Shown here: piece by piece, positions 1-13,122 of the stretch | Position numbering within the stretch: the first letter of the stretch is position 1 | Layout of the letters: every line of letters starts with the position of its first letter | Source of the DNA: Trypanosoma brucei | Taxonomy: Eukaryota | Reading direction: 5' to 3' | DNA: 64,000 nt | Assembly (NCBI GenBank): GCA_000002445.1 | Contig: CP000070.1 | Coordinates: 736,001-800,000, forward strand | Translations under genes and position numbers: made by a program | The notes under the pieces: model-generated | Told to the model about the DNA's origin: nothing | Seen by the model: only the letters and a program-made list of their open reading frames with translations | Databases searched by the model: none

Positions 1-86
1 CTCCATTTGTGTGAGGTGGTGCGGACTTGCCGTGTGCACACACAATGTGGTTGTTGTGCATGTGCACGTATCTGTGCTTCCTTTAG

Positions 87-662
<576 letters not shown>

Positions 663-995
663 ATAGAGTAACTCACAGTCGGTCTGGTGAATATCCCGCG
701 ACCTGGAAATAGTTAGATGCCTATGCGGATCCCTCACTGCATCCCTTACGGGATTGTTGCGAGTGAGCCCGCAAACTGTTTACTTCACTCCCTTTTTTTC
801 TTGTTTTTTCTTGATTGTGTGTGTTGTTGGCACTTTTGTCCACAAATCACATTCACCATTTTCTCAATAATTGTTGTGTGGCTCGGTTGTATTTATCGAC
901 AATGTGTGCCTCCATTTGTGTGAGGTGGTGCGGACTTGCCGTGTGCACACACAATGTGGTTGTTGTGCATGTGCACGTATCTGTGCTTCCTTTAG

Positions 996-1571
<576 letters not shown>

Positions 1572-1904
1572 ATAGAGTAACTCACAGTCGGTCTGGTGAA
1601 TATCCCGCGACCTGGAAATAGTTAGATGCCTATGCGGATCCCTCACTGCATCCCTTACGGGATTGTTGCGAGTGAGCCCGCAAACTGTTTACTTCACTCC
1701 CTTTTTTTCTTGTTTTTTCTTGATTGTATGTGTTGTTGGCACTTTTGTCCACAAATCACATTCACCATTTTCTCAATAATTGTTGTGTGGCTCGGTTGTA
1801 TTTATCGACAATGTGTGCCTCCATTTGTGTGAGGTGGTGCGGACTTGCCGTGTGCACACACAATGTGGTTGTTGTGCATGTGCACGTATCTGTGCTTCCT
1901 TTAG

Positions 1905-2480
<576 letters not shown>

Positions 2481-2812
2481 ATAGAGTAACTCACAGTCGG
2501 TCTGGTGAATATCCCGCGACCTGGAAATAGTTAGATGCCTATGCGGATCCCTCACTGCATCCCTTACGGGATTGTTGCGAGTGAGCCCGCAAACTGTTTA
2601 CTTCACTCCCTTTTTTTTGTTTTTTTCTTGATTGTATGTGTTGTTGGCACTTTTGTCCACAAATCACATTCACCATTTTCTCAATAATTGTTGTGTGGCT
2701 CGGTTGTATTTATCGACAATGTGTGCCTCCATTTGTGTGAGGTGGTGCGGACTTGCCGTGTGCACACACAATGTGGTTGTTGTGCATGTGCACGTGTCTG
2801 TGCTTCCTTTAG

Positions 2813-3388
<576 letters not shown>

Positions 3389-3721
3389 ATAGAGTAACTC
3401 ACAGTCGGTCTGGTGAATATCCCGCGACCTGGAAATAGTTAGATGCCTATGCGGATCCCTCACTGCATCCCTTACGGGATTGTTGCGAGTGAGCCCGCAA
3501 ACTGTTTACTTCACTCCCTTTTTTTTTGTTTTTTTCTTGATTGTATGTGTTGTTGGCACTTTTGTCCACAAATCACATTCACCATTTTCTCAATAATTGT
3601 TGTGTGGCTCGGTTGTATTTATCGACAATGTGTGCCTCCATTTGTGTGAGGTGGTGCGGACTTGCCGTGTGCACACACAATGTGGTTGTTGTGCATGTGC
3701 ACGTGTCTGTGCTTCCTTTAG

Positions 3722-4297
<576 letters not shown>

Positions 4298-4635
4298 ATA
4301 GAGTAACTCACAGTCGGTCTGGTGAATATCCCGCGACCTGGAAATAGTTAGATGCCTATGCGGATCCCTCACTGCATCCCTTACGGGATTGTTGCGAGTG
4401 AGCCCGCAAACTGTTTACTTCACTCCCTTTTTTTTCTTGTTTTTTCTTGATTGTGTGTGTTGTTGGCACTTTTGTCCACAAATCACATTCACCATTTTCT
4501 CAATAATTGTTGTGTGGCTCGGTTGTATTTATCGACAATGTGTGCCTCCATTTGTGTGAGGTGGTGCGGACTTGCCGTGTGCGGACAAATATATTTTTTA
4601 TTAGCTTTTCCTTTTTTTCTTTTTTTTTTTAGGTC

Positions 4636-6648
4636 ATGTTTACATCTTTTTTAATAGTTTTAAATTTTTTTAGCAATTTTTCAATGTTGTTATATAATGC
4701 TTTTCAATATTTTGGTGCCTTATCATTTCACAATGAAATATTATTAATATTTGTTTTAGTTTTTTTTTCTGCTGCTGGCGTCGTGCTTTCCGAAGTCTGT
4801 AGAGTTGTAAATTTTTATTTTTCGAGTGGTGGCTCTGTTTTTGTGGAACGCCGTATATCTGTTTATTTGTCTACACATGTTGTGATAGCTGTCTGTGATC
4901 GTAATGCTTTGTTACAGAATGCTATATTTTATTATATGTACGAGAAGTTCCTTGTGTCACCTGTTGGCTCATCGTGTTGGCGTAACATGTCGTCTGTTAT
5001 CTTGCTAATTGATCCGATGCGTAGTGCGTATGAGGAGAGTTATGATTCTCCTTTTCGTGTGGATGATGATGATTCTGATGACGCTGGGCGGTGGGAAAGT
5101 GTGAACTGGAGGTGTCAAAAGCAACTTCGCCGTTTTTTTATTATTAGGGTCCCCACGGATGGATGTTGGTTGCCTGTGGGAAATGATGGTGTGGAGCTGA
5201 CGTATGAGAGGAAACGGGAGACAGTGGATGGCTCTGAGGGTGTTGTTCGGACTATTGTGTTACGGGCGAAAGGTGCCACAGATGCGGCAACTAGGATTGA
5301 CAAATTTGTTGAAACCGCCTTAGATTATTACATAATGAATTTGCCTGATGTAATGAACGAAGGAAAAGTATTTCTTGAGCTTCAGGCACCTTCTTCGTGT
5401 CGTGACGAGGGCGGCCTGTTATTCAAACGGTACCCCCTTGGTTGTGGAAAAACGTTTGATACTCTTTTTTTTCCTGAGAAATCACGCGTCCTTAAGTTGC
5501 TTGACGACTTCATGGGGAAAGGGGGAAGATTTTCGACAGAGGGTTTTCCTCAGAAGTTGGGGTTTCTACTCTATGGACCGCCTGGTACTGGCAAAACGTC
5601 GTTTGTGGGAGCCCTTGCCGAGTATACGCGTCGTCATGTTATATCTATTCATCTTCCCTTCTTGAAGTCGAATCACTCGCTCTATGACGTTTTCTTAAAT
5701 CCCACGTTTCGTTGCATCGGCGAGTCTGACCCTACTTCTTTGGCTGTCGAGGATGTCATTTTCCTCCTTGATGACGTGGATGCCTCTTCCCCACTTGTGC
5801 GTGCTCGTGTGCGTTCTGGACGGACCATTTGTAGGCGGCACCACGCCACGTTGGTATCGGACGGTTCTGTTGCTGATGACTTTGTGGGTGTTGAATCGCC
5901 GGTTCTCGATTCCGAGGTGGATGAGGAGGAGGGTGAGCATGGTGGGTTAGCCCCTGAACCGGAAAACCCAGTGGATCTTGTAAACCAGTTGTTGAAAGCT
6001 ACGTTCGGAAAACGATATACAGGAAAAGTAGGGACAACGAGGGGCGGCGCCGAGAATGAAACATCACTGTTAAAGTGGCTTCGGCCATCGGATGAGCTCA
6101 ACTTATCCGGTTTGTTGAACGTACTGGACGGCGCCGTGGACACACCAGGGCGTATCGTCGTGATGATCACAAATTTCCCAGAAAGACTTGACCCTGCGCT
6201 GGTGCGACCAGGCCGGTTCGGCACGAAGTTGCGTATGGATTACTTGCAACTGCCAGCTCTTTTGGATATGCTCGGTCTACACTTTGGCGCTGTGCTCCGT
6301 GAGAGCGGCGAAAGCGGGACAGATGAGAGTAGTGATGGTAATGATAACGCCGGCGGGGGAGTCAGCCAGCCACTTCGTGCAATTCGAACGTTTGAGAGAG
6401 GGGAGGCAGACAGCGTAAACACCTCAGCACCCCCAAAGCTCAGTGCTTACGATGTGGCGCGCGTGCGTGATGTTGTTGCAGCGCTCAACGACAGTCGAAA
6501 GGGTCGGGAAGGCGAAGACGTTTCAGGTCTCATGATATCTCCTGCCGAGGTGGAATCAATGTGCGCGGTTTCAACGACACTTGATGAGTTTCTTTTGCGC
6601 TTCTCGAGTCGGTTTGGTGCGCCACAGGCTTCTGCCAACGTGCAGTGA
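4636..6648 (+). CDS. AAA+ ATPase, BCS1-like (mitochondrial chaperone BCS1 family), with an N-terminal TM anchor and a large acidic insertion
   Basis: Walker A LLYGPPGTGKTSFVGALAE; Walker B VIFLLDDVDA. BCS1-type sensor region SGLLNVLDGAVDTPGRIVVMITNFPERLDPALVRPGRFG. N-terminal hydrophobic segment ILLIFVLVFFSAAGVVL. Preceded by a T-rich polyY tract and AG at 4600-4631. The start could be a downstream Met (e.g. 4684). Confidence 0.75.
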   Translation: MFTSFLIVLNFFSNFSMLLYNAFQYFGALSFHNEILLIFVLVFFSAAGVVLSEVCRVVNFYFSSGGSVFVERRISVYLSTHVVIAVCDRNALLQNAIFYYMYEKFLVSPVGSSCWRNMSSVILLIDPMRSAYEESYDSPFRVDDDDSDDAGRWESVNWRCQKQLRRFFIIRVPTDGCWLPVGNDGVELTYERKRETVDGSEGVVRTIVLRAKGATDAATRIDKFVETALDYYIMNLPDVMNEGKVFLELQAPSSCRDEGGLLFKRYPLGCGKTFDTLFFPEKSRVLKLLDDFMGKGGRFSTEGFPQKLGFLLYGPPGTGKTSFVGALAEYTRRHVISIHLPFLKSNHSLYDVFLNPTFRCIGESDPTSLAVEDVIFLLDDVDASSPLVRARVRSGRTICRRHHATLVSDGSVADDFVGVESPVLDSEVDEEEGEHGGLAPEPENPVDLVNQLLKATFGKRYTGKVGTTRGGAENETSLLKWLRPSDELNLSGLLNVLDGAVDTPGRIVVMITNFPERLDPALVRPGRFGTKLRMDYLQLPALLDMLGLHFGAVLRESGESGTDESSDGNDNAGGGVSQPLRAIRTFERGEADSVNTSAPPKLSAYDVARVRDVVAALNDSRKGREGEDVSGLMISPAEVESMCAVSTTLDEFLLRFSSRFGAPQASANVQ

Positions 6649-6881
6649 GGGTGACAGGTTTGGAGGCTTGTCAATGAAATTTGTCGTTAAGGTCTTGAAA
6701 CTGACAGAATGTGGAAGAGAATCGAGATGAATATGTGGACCTTTTCTTTTTTTCTTCTCTTCTGTCTTTCCTTCGTATGCGATGGACTTACATGCAGCAG
6801 TTAAGCGTGTAGCTGTACGTCGACTTTTTTGTTTAACGCCTAACCGCCACCTCGTGTCGGCTGGCGCGGCCGCACCTCTTC

Positions 6882-8252
6882 ATGGCGGGCATCAGGTTTG
6901 CTGCGACAGGAGCCTTCTTCGCCGCTGTGGGCTACTTTTCTGTCGATAGATTTATAAACAGCGCCTCATGGTGGGCGCTGTTGCGCTCTAGTGGAGAGGC
7001 CTCCGCTGAGGATGGTGGCAGTGGCGGATGTATCCGCCGCCGGCTCGGAAGTGCAGGAAGCGTTTGGCAGCGTTTCAACCAGTACTCAACACCCGGTGCT
7101 GCAGGGGTCCAAGTGCTGCGTTTTCTTGACTTTGTGGCGTGTGTCTGCCTCTTGGATGAAGAGGACAGGCAACGTCTCCACAGCCGTCTGTGTGGTGCTC
7201 CAACTGAAGGACGAGAGGACCTTTGTAGCCTCTTCAAACTCGTAGATACGAATGCAAGTGGGACGATTACGTATGATGAGTTTTGTGTGCTCATCACACT
7301 TCTGTCGGCATGCCAAAGACATTTGAAGATAGCGTTTGGTGCTTTTGACGTAACGGAAGAGGATTCCCTCTCGAGGGATGGATTTAGACGCATAATAAAT
7401 ACACTCATGGTCGATCCAACTGTTCAGATCGTTGAGAGGACGGGTCATGAGAGTGATGTGCACTCACATGGAGGTGGGAGACGCGATGGGGGTTTGACCA
7501 GTAGTGAGTTTCTCTCATCAAATCTCGTTAAGCTCTTTTTCGGCGTGGATGAAGATGCACGAATTTCGTTCGACGACTTTTGGACAGTGGTTAGAAGAAT
7601 CCAGTGGATGGTAAGGAGGGTTGAGTTTCAGCTGTATGACACACAAAACACCGGTAGAATAAAACTTCACCAGCTTCAAAAGATATTATTTCCCGACAGG
7701 TACTGCTCAACTCAATGTGAGGAGGGGCATAGCGATGAAGAAAGTCGTTACGTCAGCAGTCGCTTAAACTGTTTAAAAGATAAATTTGTTAGCTGGGACC
7801 TGTACATGAAGGTTTTTGATGTGCTCTGCGAGACGGAGAGTATTGTGCGTGGGATGAATCTCGCCTTAAATGCCAGAGACCCGGAAGGGCGGAATGACCA
7901 TACATCCTGTCTTTGTCATCGTGACGACAGTATGACTCCTATTGTATCGGTACTTGCGGATACGGCAGCAGGGCTCACCACGTCTCACTCAGGTAGGGAT
8001 CGTGAACTTGATTATGTCGAGTTCCACCGAGTGTTGCAGAGCTGCGACCATCTGAAACACTTGACTAAAAGTGATGCGGAGGAGATTGTTGAGATATTTG
8101 ATATTGACGGATCGGGGAAGTTATCGCCCGATGAGTTTGGGAAGATGAGTAGAATGTGTACTTCCTTTTTTATGCGGTCCACGCCCCTTTTCTTGGAACC
8201 CCGGAGAAATACCATTCAGAGGTTCGTTTATTGCATGCAACAGCTCAGGTGA
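6882..8252 (+). CDS. EF-hand Ca2+-binding protein, MICU-like (mitochondrial calcium uptake regulator-like)
   Basis: Two canonical 12-residue EF loops far apart: DTNASGTITYDE (~aa 122-133) and DIDGSGKLSPDE (~aa 405-416). N-terminal hydrophobic/amphipathic presequence MAGIRFAATGAFFAAVGYF. Length 456 aa. This architecture (two canonical and two degenerate EF hands, N-terminal anchor) matches MICU1/2. Confidence 0.5.
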   Translation: MAGIRFAATGAFFAAVGYFSVDRFINSASWWALLRSSGEASAEDGGSGGCIRRRLGSAGSVWQRFNQYSTPGAAGVQVLRFLDFVACVCLLDEEDRQRLHSRLCGAPTEGREDLCSLFKLVDTNASGTITYDEFCVLITLLSACQRHLKIAFGAFDVTEEDSLSRDGFRRIINTLMVDPTVQIVERTGHESDVHSHGGGRRDGGLTSSEFLSSNLVKLFFGVDEDARISFDDFWTVVRRIQWMVRRVEFQLYDTQNTGRIKLHQLQKILFPDRYCSTQCEEGHSDEESRYVSSRLNCLKDKFVSWDLYMKVFDVLCETESIVRGMNLALNARDPEGRNDHTSCLCHRDDSMTPIVSVLADTAAGLTTSHSGRDRELDYVEFHRVLQSCDHLKHLTKSDAEEIVEIFDIDGSGKLSPDEFGKMSRMCTSFFMRSTPLFLEPRRNTIQRFVYCMQQLR

Positions 8253-8688
8253 AGAAAAGTGTTGCATTGCGCACCGTTCTTTCCAATTTTGTTCAACATA
8301 TTTGTTTTTAGGGGTGGTAGAGGGCTTGAACTTCCCTTACCTCATCATCTGGCCTCAGATGTTTGTTTGCGCGAGCCGTTGAATAGTTCACTTTCTCCCT
8401 TTGCTCCTTTGTTAGGGTCTACCTTGCTTGATGGTACAAGTCGACGTCTTCCGCGACTTTGAATGAGTAACTGTACACTTCATGTAATAATTCGTTTGCT
8501 TGTGCGCACTTATTTTCCTTATTTCGCATCAAATCTCATACGTTTTCTCGCTCTTAACTCGTTGAATCCAGTTGCTTGCCCTGTTCAGGACTTTTTTTTT
8601 TTGAGAGTTGAATTACTTGAAAGATTACTTAGCGGCGGTTCGGTTTGAATCAGCTACTGGGTATTTGTTTGTTTCCCTGCAGGCAGTG

Positions 8689-8725
8689 CCCCCCCCCCCC
8701 ACAAAAACAACAACAACAAACAACT
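8689..8725 (+). repeat. C12 homopolymer followed by a (CAA)n/(CA)-rich tract
   Basis: cccccccccccc acaaaaacaacaacaacaaacaac, located ~70 nt upstream of the helicase ATG. Confidence 0.9.
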
Positions 8726-8792
8726 GACGAGGTACCCGCTGTGTGCGCAGGTTCGCGGAAAATAAGAAGGGAAGTGATCACAAGTTTGCGCC

Positions 8793-11267
8793 ATGCCCGT
8801 CTCCCTTACTTCAGTCACCACCGATGGAAGAACCAACACCGTCCCGAAACTTCGTCCGTACCAGCAGGAGCTGTTTGAGAAGGCGATACGTGGAGACTCT
8901 ATTATTTACCTTCCAACTGGTGGGGGTAAGACAGTGGTTGCTGCGGCGATCGCACACTATATGCGACGTAAACACGAGAAACGGATAGTCTTCGTCGTGA
9001 ATCGTGTTCCATTGGTGGCACAACAGGCAAAAGTGCTTGAAAGCGTTTTGGGGAAAGGGTCTCGGGTGGCGACAGTTCGTGGCGGTAAGAAATCCGTAAA
9101 GAGCTGGAGTGTGTTGGTGGATGAAGGATGCGATGGCGTTGTTATCACCGATTCCATATTTCACGAGTGGATTATCGGTTCCCCCAAAGCAATCACGGAG
9201 GACACGTGCCTGGTGGTCATCGACGAAGTTCATAACGCTACTGGTGGCTGTCTAAAAAAAATTTTCGAGTATATACATAGAATATGTCCCCGAGAGCCGC
9301 AAAGGTGTGCCTCCAATGATGGCGTCAGCGAACCAACTCTTCCCCTCCTTCTTGGTCTTACTGCTTCACCCGTTTTGTCCTTCACCAGGTCGGACTCGCT
9401 GAACAAACTCATCGACGTGACGCGCTGTCGCATCGTGAATGTGACGGAGAAGATGGACAATCTGCTTCAAGAAGTGCCTTTACCGTTAACTGTAGGAGTG
9501 GAGTATTACCTCTCGCCTCCCGAAGAAGCATTTCTGTTTTATTTGCAGAGAGCCGCAGTGGCCCTACAGGATAATCTCAAAGTAAAGAAAAATGCACATT
9601 TAAGGGCGGGGTTTGCTTGTCCGGTGGCTTCTGATGGTTACATTAATAGGTGTAATGAGATAAAAGTAAAAGCGTGCAGTGGGACAAGCGGCGAGGTTGA
9701 TAGGTTTGCGTACAGTATTGCTACGTTCTTACTTTGTGTGTCCCAAGCTTTCGTTAAACTAAACGAGGTCTCGCTCGGTAGTGCATACAAAACCGTCATG
9801 GATGATAAATTGTTTAAGTCGTTGCAAGAAAGTCCAGAATCGGCGGAGCTTGTTGTACCGATTCTTGAGGGTCTGATGAAGTTGCTACGGGAAAGCAGGC
9901 ACAAGTATCCGGAAAGAGATCCAGGGCAGGACGATTCCTCAGTGGGTTTTGACCCATTTGAGGTATCTTCAAGGGTCCAGTTTTTATTGCAGTTGCTTAG
10001 TTGGATTGGCAAACATGTGGAAGCTAATCATGTAGAAGTGGCTGGCATCATTTTCTGCGATACTCGTGCTTCCGTGTTCCGTATTACTGAAGCTATTGAG
10101 AAGATTCCCACGCTGAGCTCATTGTATAAGCCCCGAGCGCTCGTAGGGAAGGGGAAAACGCTAGTTGATGGGGAAGAAAAGGGTATGACCGATGCCCAAC
10201 AGAGGGATGTTATAGATGAATTCCGGAAGGGCAATACAAGGCTTTTGGTGGCGACGTCCCTAGCTGAAGAGGGACTAGACATCGCCCAGTGCAACCTTGT
10301 TATTAGATATGACTCTTGTGTTTCACTTCGTAGTTTCGTACAAAGTCGTGGGAGGGCCAGGCGGAGGAATGCACTCTTTATCGTTTTTGAGCATGCCCGT
10401 CGGGAGATTAAAGTTGCGGCTGTGGCGATGAAGGCGGTGCGTCTCCAGGATTTTCTTGTGAACGCTGTCCGTGATGCGATTGAGGTGGGGACTCGGCGGG
10501 CCCCCAGAGTTTGGGAGGAATCTCCGAAGTTTTGGTTACGTCGGTTTGAGCGCCGCCACAATGCACCGATTGAGAGGAAGGAGACGGACTGCCGTACGGA
10601 TTTTGGAAGCCACACGCACCCGTTTATTGTAGAGCTCACTGTTACGATACCAAATAACTCTAGTCCTGAAAAAATTGTGATTCCTAAACCGTACGAGGGG
10701 AAGACCATTTCTGTAAAAGCGTCGGGCGGCCGTGTGAAAGCGCGGCAGTATGCCGAATATCAACTCTGTGAGGAACTAGACAAGAGGGGGATACTCATTG
10801 GTGAGGATGGTGAAAGGGCCCGCAGCATTTCAACGATGAAGATGCTGTCCAACGGAATTTTGGTATGTGAGGAGGGATCCCTCTCTACGTCGGAGCTTCG
10901 GAAGCTTTTTTCTCGGAATCCAACTGCAATAGAAACTTATGATAGGAAGGACTGGGGGCCCCACACTCCCTCTTCTGTCCTGCGGGATTCTCTCCGTCGT
11001 CGTCGTTTGCCTGCGCCAGAAATTCACATCAATCGCTCAGGGGACGAGACTAGAGCTGAAATTTATGTGTATATGCGGAGGGACGAAAAAATTGAGCAAA
11101 GAAGGTTTGCTGCAAGCGGGGTTTGTGCTTTGGAGGAGGCAGCGATGAAGGCGCTAAAACATATGAAAATTCAGCTATTTACTGGCACTGGCCACGTCGA
11201 GACCACGGATGACATTGGTAGCAGGGATTTAGCTTGGGAAAGTGAAACCAGCGAATCCGAGAATTAA
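8793..11267 (+). CDS. DExH-box helicase of the Dicer/RIG-I/FANCM (Hef-like) clade with two C-terminal dsRBD-like regions
   Basis: Motif I LPTGGGKT preceded by LRPYQQELFEKAI (the PYQ/Q-motif typical of Dicer/RIG-I/Hef helicases). Motif II VIDEVHNA (DEVH). Helicase-C LVATSLAEEGLDIAQCNLVIRYD. Motif VI QSRGRARRR (closest to the Dicer QSRGRAR). C-terminal segments GGRVKARQYAEYQLCEEL and ASGVCALEEAAMKALKHM resemble dsRBD helix alpha2 (GxGxSKKxAKxxAAxxALxxL). Confidence 0.8.
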   Translation: MPVSLTSVTTDGRTNTVPKLRPYQQELFEKAIRGDSIIYLPTGGGKTVVAAAIAHYMRRKHEKRIVFVVNRVPLVAQQAKVLESVLGKGSRVATVRGGKKSVKSWSVLVDEGCDGVVITDSIFHEWIIGSPKAITEDTCLVVIDEVHNATGGCLKKIFEYIHRICPREPQRCASNDGVSEPTLPLLLGLTASPVLSFTRSDSLNKLIDVTRCRIVNVTEKMDNLLQEVPLPLTVGVEYYLSPPEEAFLFYLQRAAVALQDNLKVKKNAHLRAGFACPVASDGYINRCNEIKVKACSGTSGEVDRFAYSIATFLLCVSQAFVKLNEVSLGSAYKTVMDDKLFKSLQESPESAELVVPILEGLMKLLRESRHKYPERDPGQDDSSVGFDPFEVSSRVQFLLQLLSWIGKHVEANHVEVAGIIFCDTRASVFRITEAIEKIPTLSSLYKPRALVGKGKTLVDGEEKGMTDAQQRDVIDEFRKGNTRLLVATSLAEEGLDIAQCNLVIRYDSCVSLRSFVQSRGRARRRNALFIVFEHARREIKVAAVAMKAVRLQDFLVNAVRDAIEVGTRRAPRVWEESPKFWLRRFERRHNAPIERKETDCRTDFGSHTHPFIVELTVTIPNNSSPEKIVIPKPYEGKTISVKASGGRVKARQYAEYQLCEELDKRGILIGEDGERARSISTMKMLSNGILVCEEGSLSTSELRKLFSRNPTAIETYDRKDWGPHTPSSVLRDSLRRRRLPAPEIHINRSGDETRAEIYVYMRRDEKIEQRRFAASGVCALEEAAMKALKHMKIQLFTGTGHVETTDDIGSRDLAWESETSESEN

Positions 11268-12549
11268 TTATGTATCCCCTCAGCGAAAAACATTCTGTAT
11301 GAACGGTGGTTGTTCCGATTGTTAGGAATGGGGTTGGTGGGGGGACGTTTCACATGCGTGGCAATCGTCCCTCTTATTATTCCTCCTCGTAAACTCCACT
11401 GCCCATCTGAGGCATTGCCCCAAGAACCATATTTCTGGACGTGGTAAGCGCATGTGAACAAAAGGGACGATATCATCTCCATCAGGTGAGGATATTCTCT
11501 TTTCTACGAATCATGGATATGCGAGGGAGACAATAACGGATAAACTTACCGACGTCACCACTCACTTTAGGAAAATGGCAGTTGCGGAGATGTTAAAGGC
11601 CCAAGCATGTTTTCTACCTTTTCCTTTTAAAAAAAGAACGGAATATGAGAGGGAAAATAAACGGAAAGGGGGTAAGAGCCTCAGTTCAAGGGAGAAGAGA
11701 ATACTAGACCTCTTTTAACACCCTGATGTACAGCATCACCGCCACCGACTTTCAGCCGCAGGTTTTTCCCTTCCCTCACTTGTCGTGGCGAAAATTGTGT
11801 GTGGCTACAATGGAGCAAGGTAACTTGCACCGCATGTTTCTCATTTTGAAAGGATTGTTGGCATTAATATTGCTTTCTCGTTTTGTTTTGTTGTTACAAT
11901 ACAGAGCCTCTGCACCGAGGCGACTTATGAGTGTGTGTTTTACATAAAAATATGTGCATGTCTTCGTCACCCTGCTGCTCCCAGTGAAAGAATGCGTCCT
12001 GTAGGGTAAAACCCTGAAGTAGTCCGTGACTTTGCCACTCTCTTAGATCACAGTTGTTAATTATTAAATTATCTACTGACATGGCTGCTCCTACATGAAG
12101 TAAGGGTAGAGATCAAATAGTTTATAATAAAATACTTCTCGTAAACACTTGCTTGCTTTTTGCGTGTTACAAACCTGTCTTCACCAAGGAAAAAAAGTCA
12201 CTCAATCTTGTTATTCTCATTAGTCTTTCGACACCCCTTCATTTTGAGGAAACAACGAATCATTACGATTTCTTTATTTATATTGTAGACAATTGCTCCC
12301 TCATTCAAGTCCTATGCATGATCTACAATTTTCTCGGATCTCTTCCACATTTCACAGAAGGGTCACGTCACGAAGGAGAACATGTGTATGCATACCGGTT
12401 CACTGCCGCTTTGTCAAATACGTACTGTGTTTTTGTACTAGCACCCAAACTCTTCCCTTCCCTTTATCCTTCTCTCTGCCCCAGTGTCATTTTAAGCAAC
12501 AAAGACTAACCAAACAGGAATATTAATATATCTTACAAACGTTTTCACC

Positions 12550-13122
12550 ATGCGCCGGTCTGTATATCAGCTAAGCAAGGAACTCCCAATCTCTGAGGAC
12601 GAGGTTGCGTGTCTGGTGAAGAAGGTGATGCGTGAATGCCCATCAGCCTTCAATTCCCAATCCTCACGTGCTGTGATCCTCTTTGGAGAGCAACACACAA
12701 AGCTATGGAACCTAACGAAGGATAAGCTAAAGGCGACAGTGAAACCCGATTCCTACAATGAGGCCGCCAAGAAGATTGATGGGTGCTTCGCCCCCGCTGC
12801 CGGTACCATATTGTTTTTCGAGGATAAAAGTGTTGTTGAAGGACTTGTCAAGTCGTACCCCGCATACGCAGAAGGTTTCCCAGTGTGGTCAACTGAATCA
12901 TCAGGTATGGCTCAATTCGCCGTGTGGACAGCACTTGCAGAAAAAGGTATCGGTGCGTCTCTGCAGCACTACACATCACTGATCGGTGAGGCGGTGACGG
13001 CGGAGTGGAAGCTTCCGGCAACATGGGAGATGCATGCACAAATGCCATTTGGAAAGCCACTGGAGAAGTGTGGCGAGAAGACGTACATGCCGGATGAAGA
13101 ACGCTTTAAGGTGTTTAAATAA
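12550..13122 (+). CDS. Small nitroreductase-like protein of the Hbn1/Frm2 type (nitroreductase superfamily), paralog A
   Basis: 190 aa. ECPSAFNSQSSRAVILFGEQHTKLWN matches the yeast Hbn1/Frm2 core (PTAFNSQPNRAVILTGETHKKVWD). LQHYTSLIGEAV ~ LQHYNGYIKAAL. C-terminal GEKTYMPDE ~ GEKTYIKND. Same length class as yeast Frm2/Hbn1 (~193 aa). Confidence 0.8.
   Translation: MRRSVYQLSKELPISEDEVACLVKKVMRECPSAFNSQSSRAVILFGEQHTKLWNLTKDKLKATVKPDSYNEAAKKIDGCFAPAAGTILFFEDKSVVEGLVKSYPAYAEGFPVWSTESSGMAQFAVWTALAEKGIGASLQHYTSLIGEAVTAEWKLPATWEMHAQMPFGKPLEKCGEKTYMPDEERFKVFK

Noticed and set aside
5682-6224. 180-aa minus-strand ORF
   Set aside because: Fully embedded antisense to the AAA ATPase CDS, and S/T/P-rich as expected for the reverse frame of an acidic GAn-rich coding region.
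10028-10708. 226-aa minus-strand ORF
   Set aside because: Antisense to the well-supported helicase CDS.
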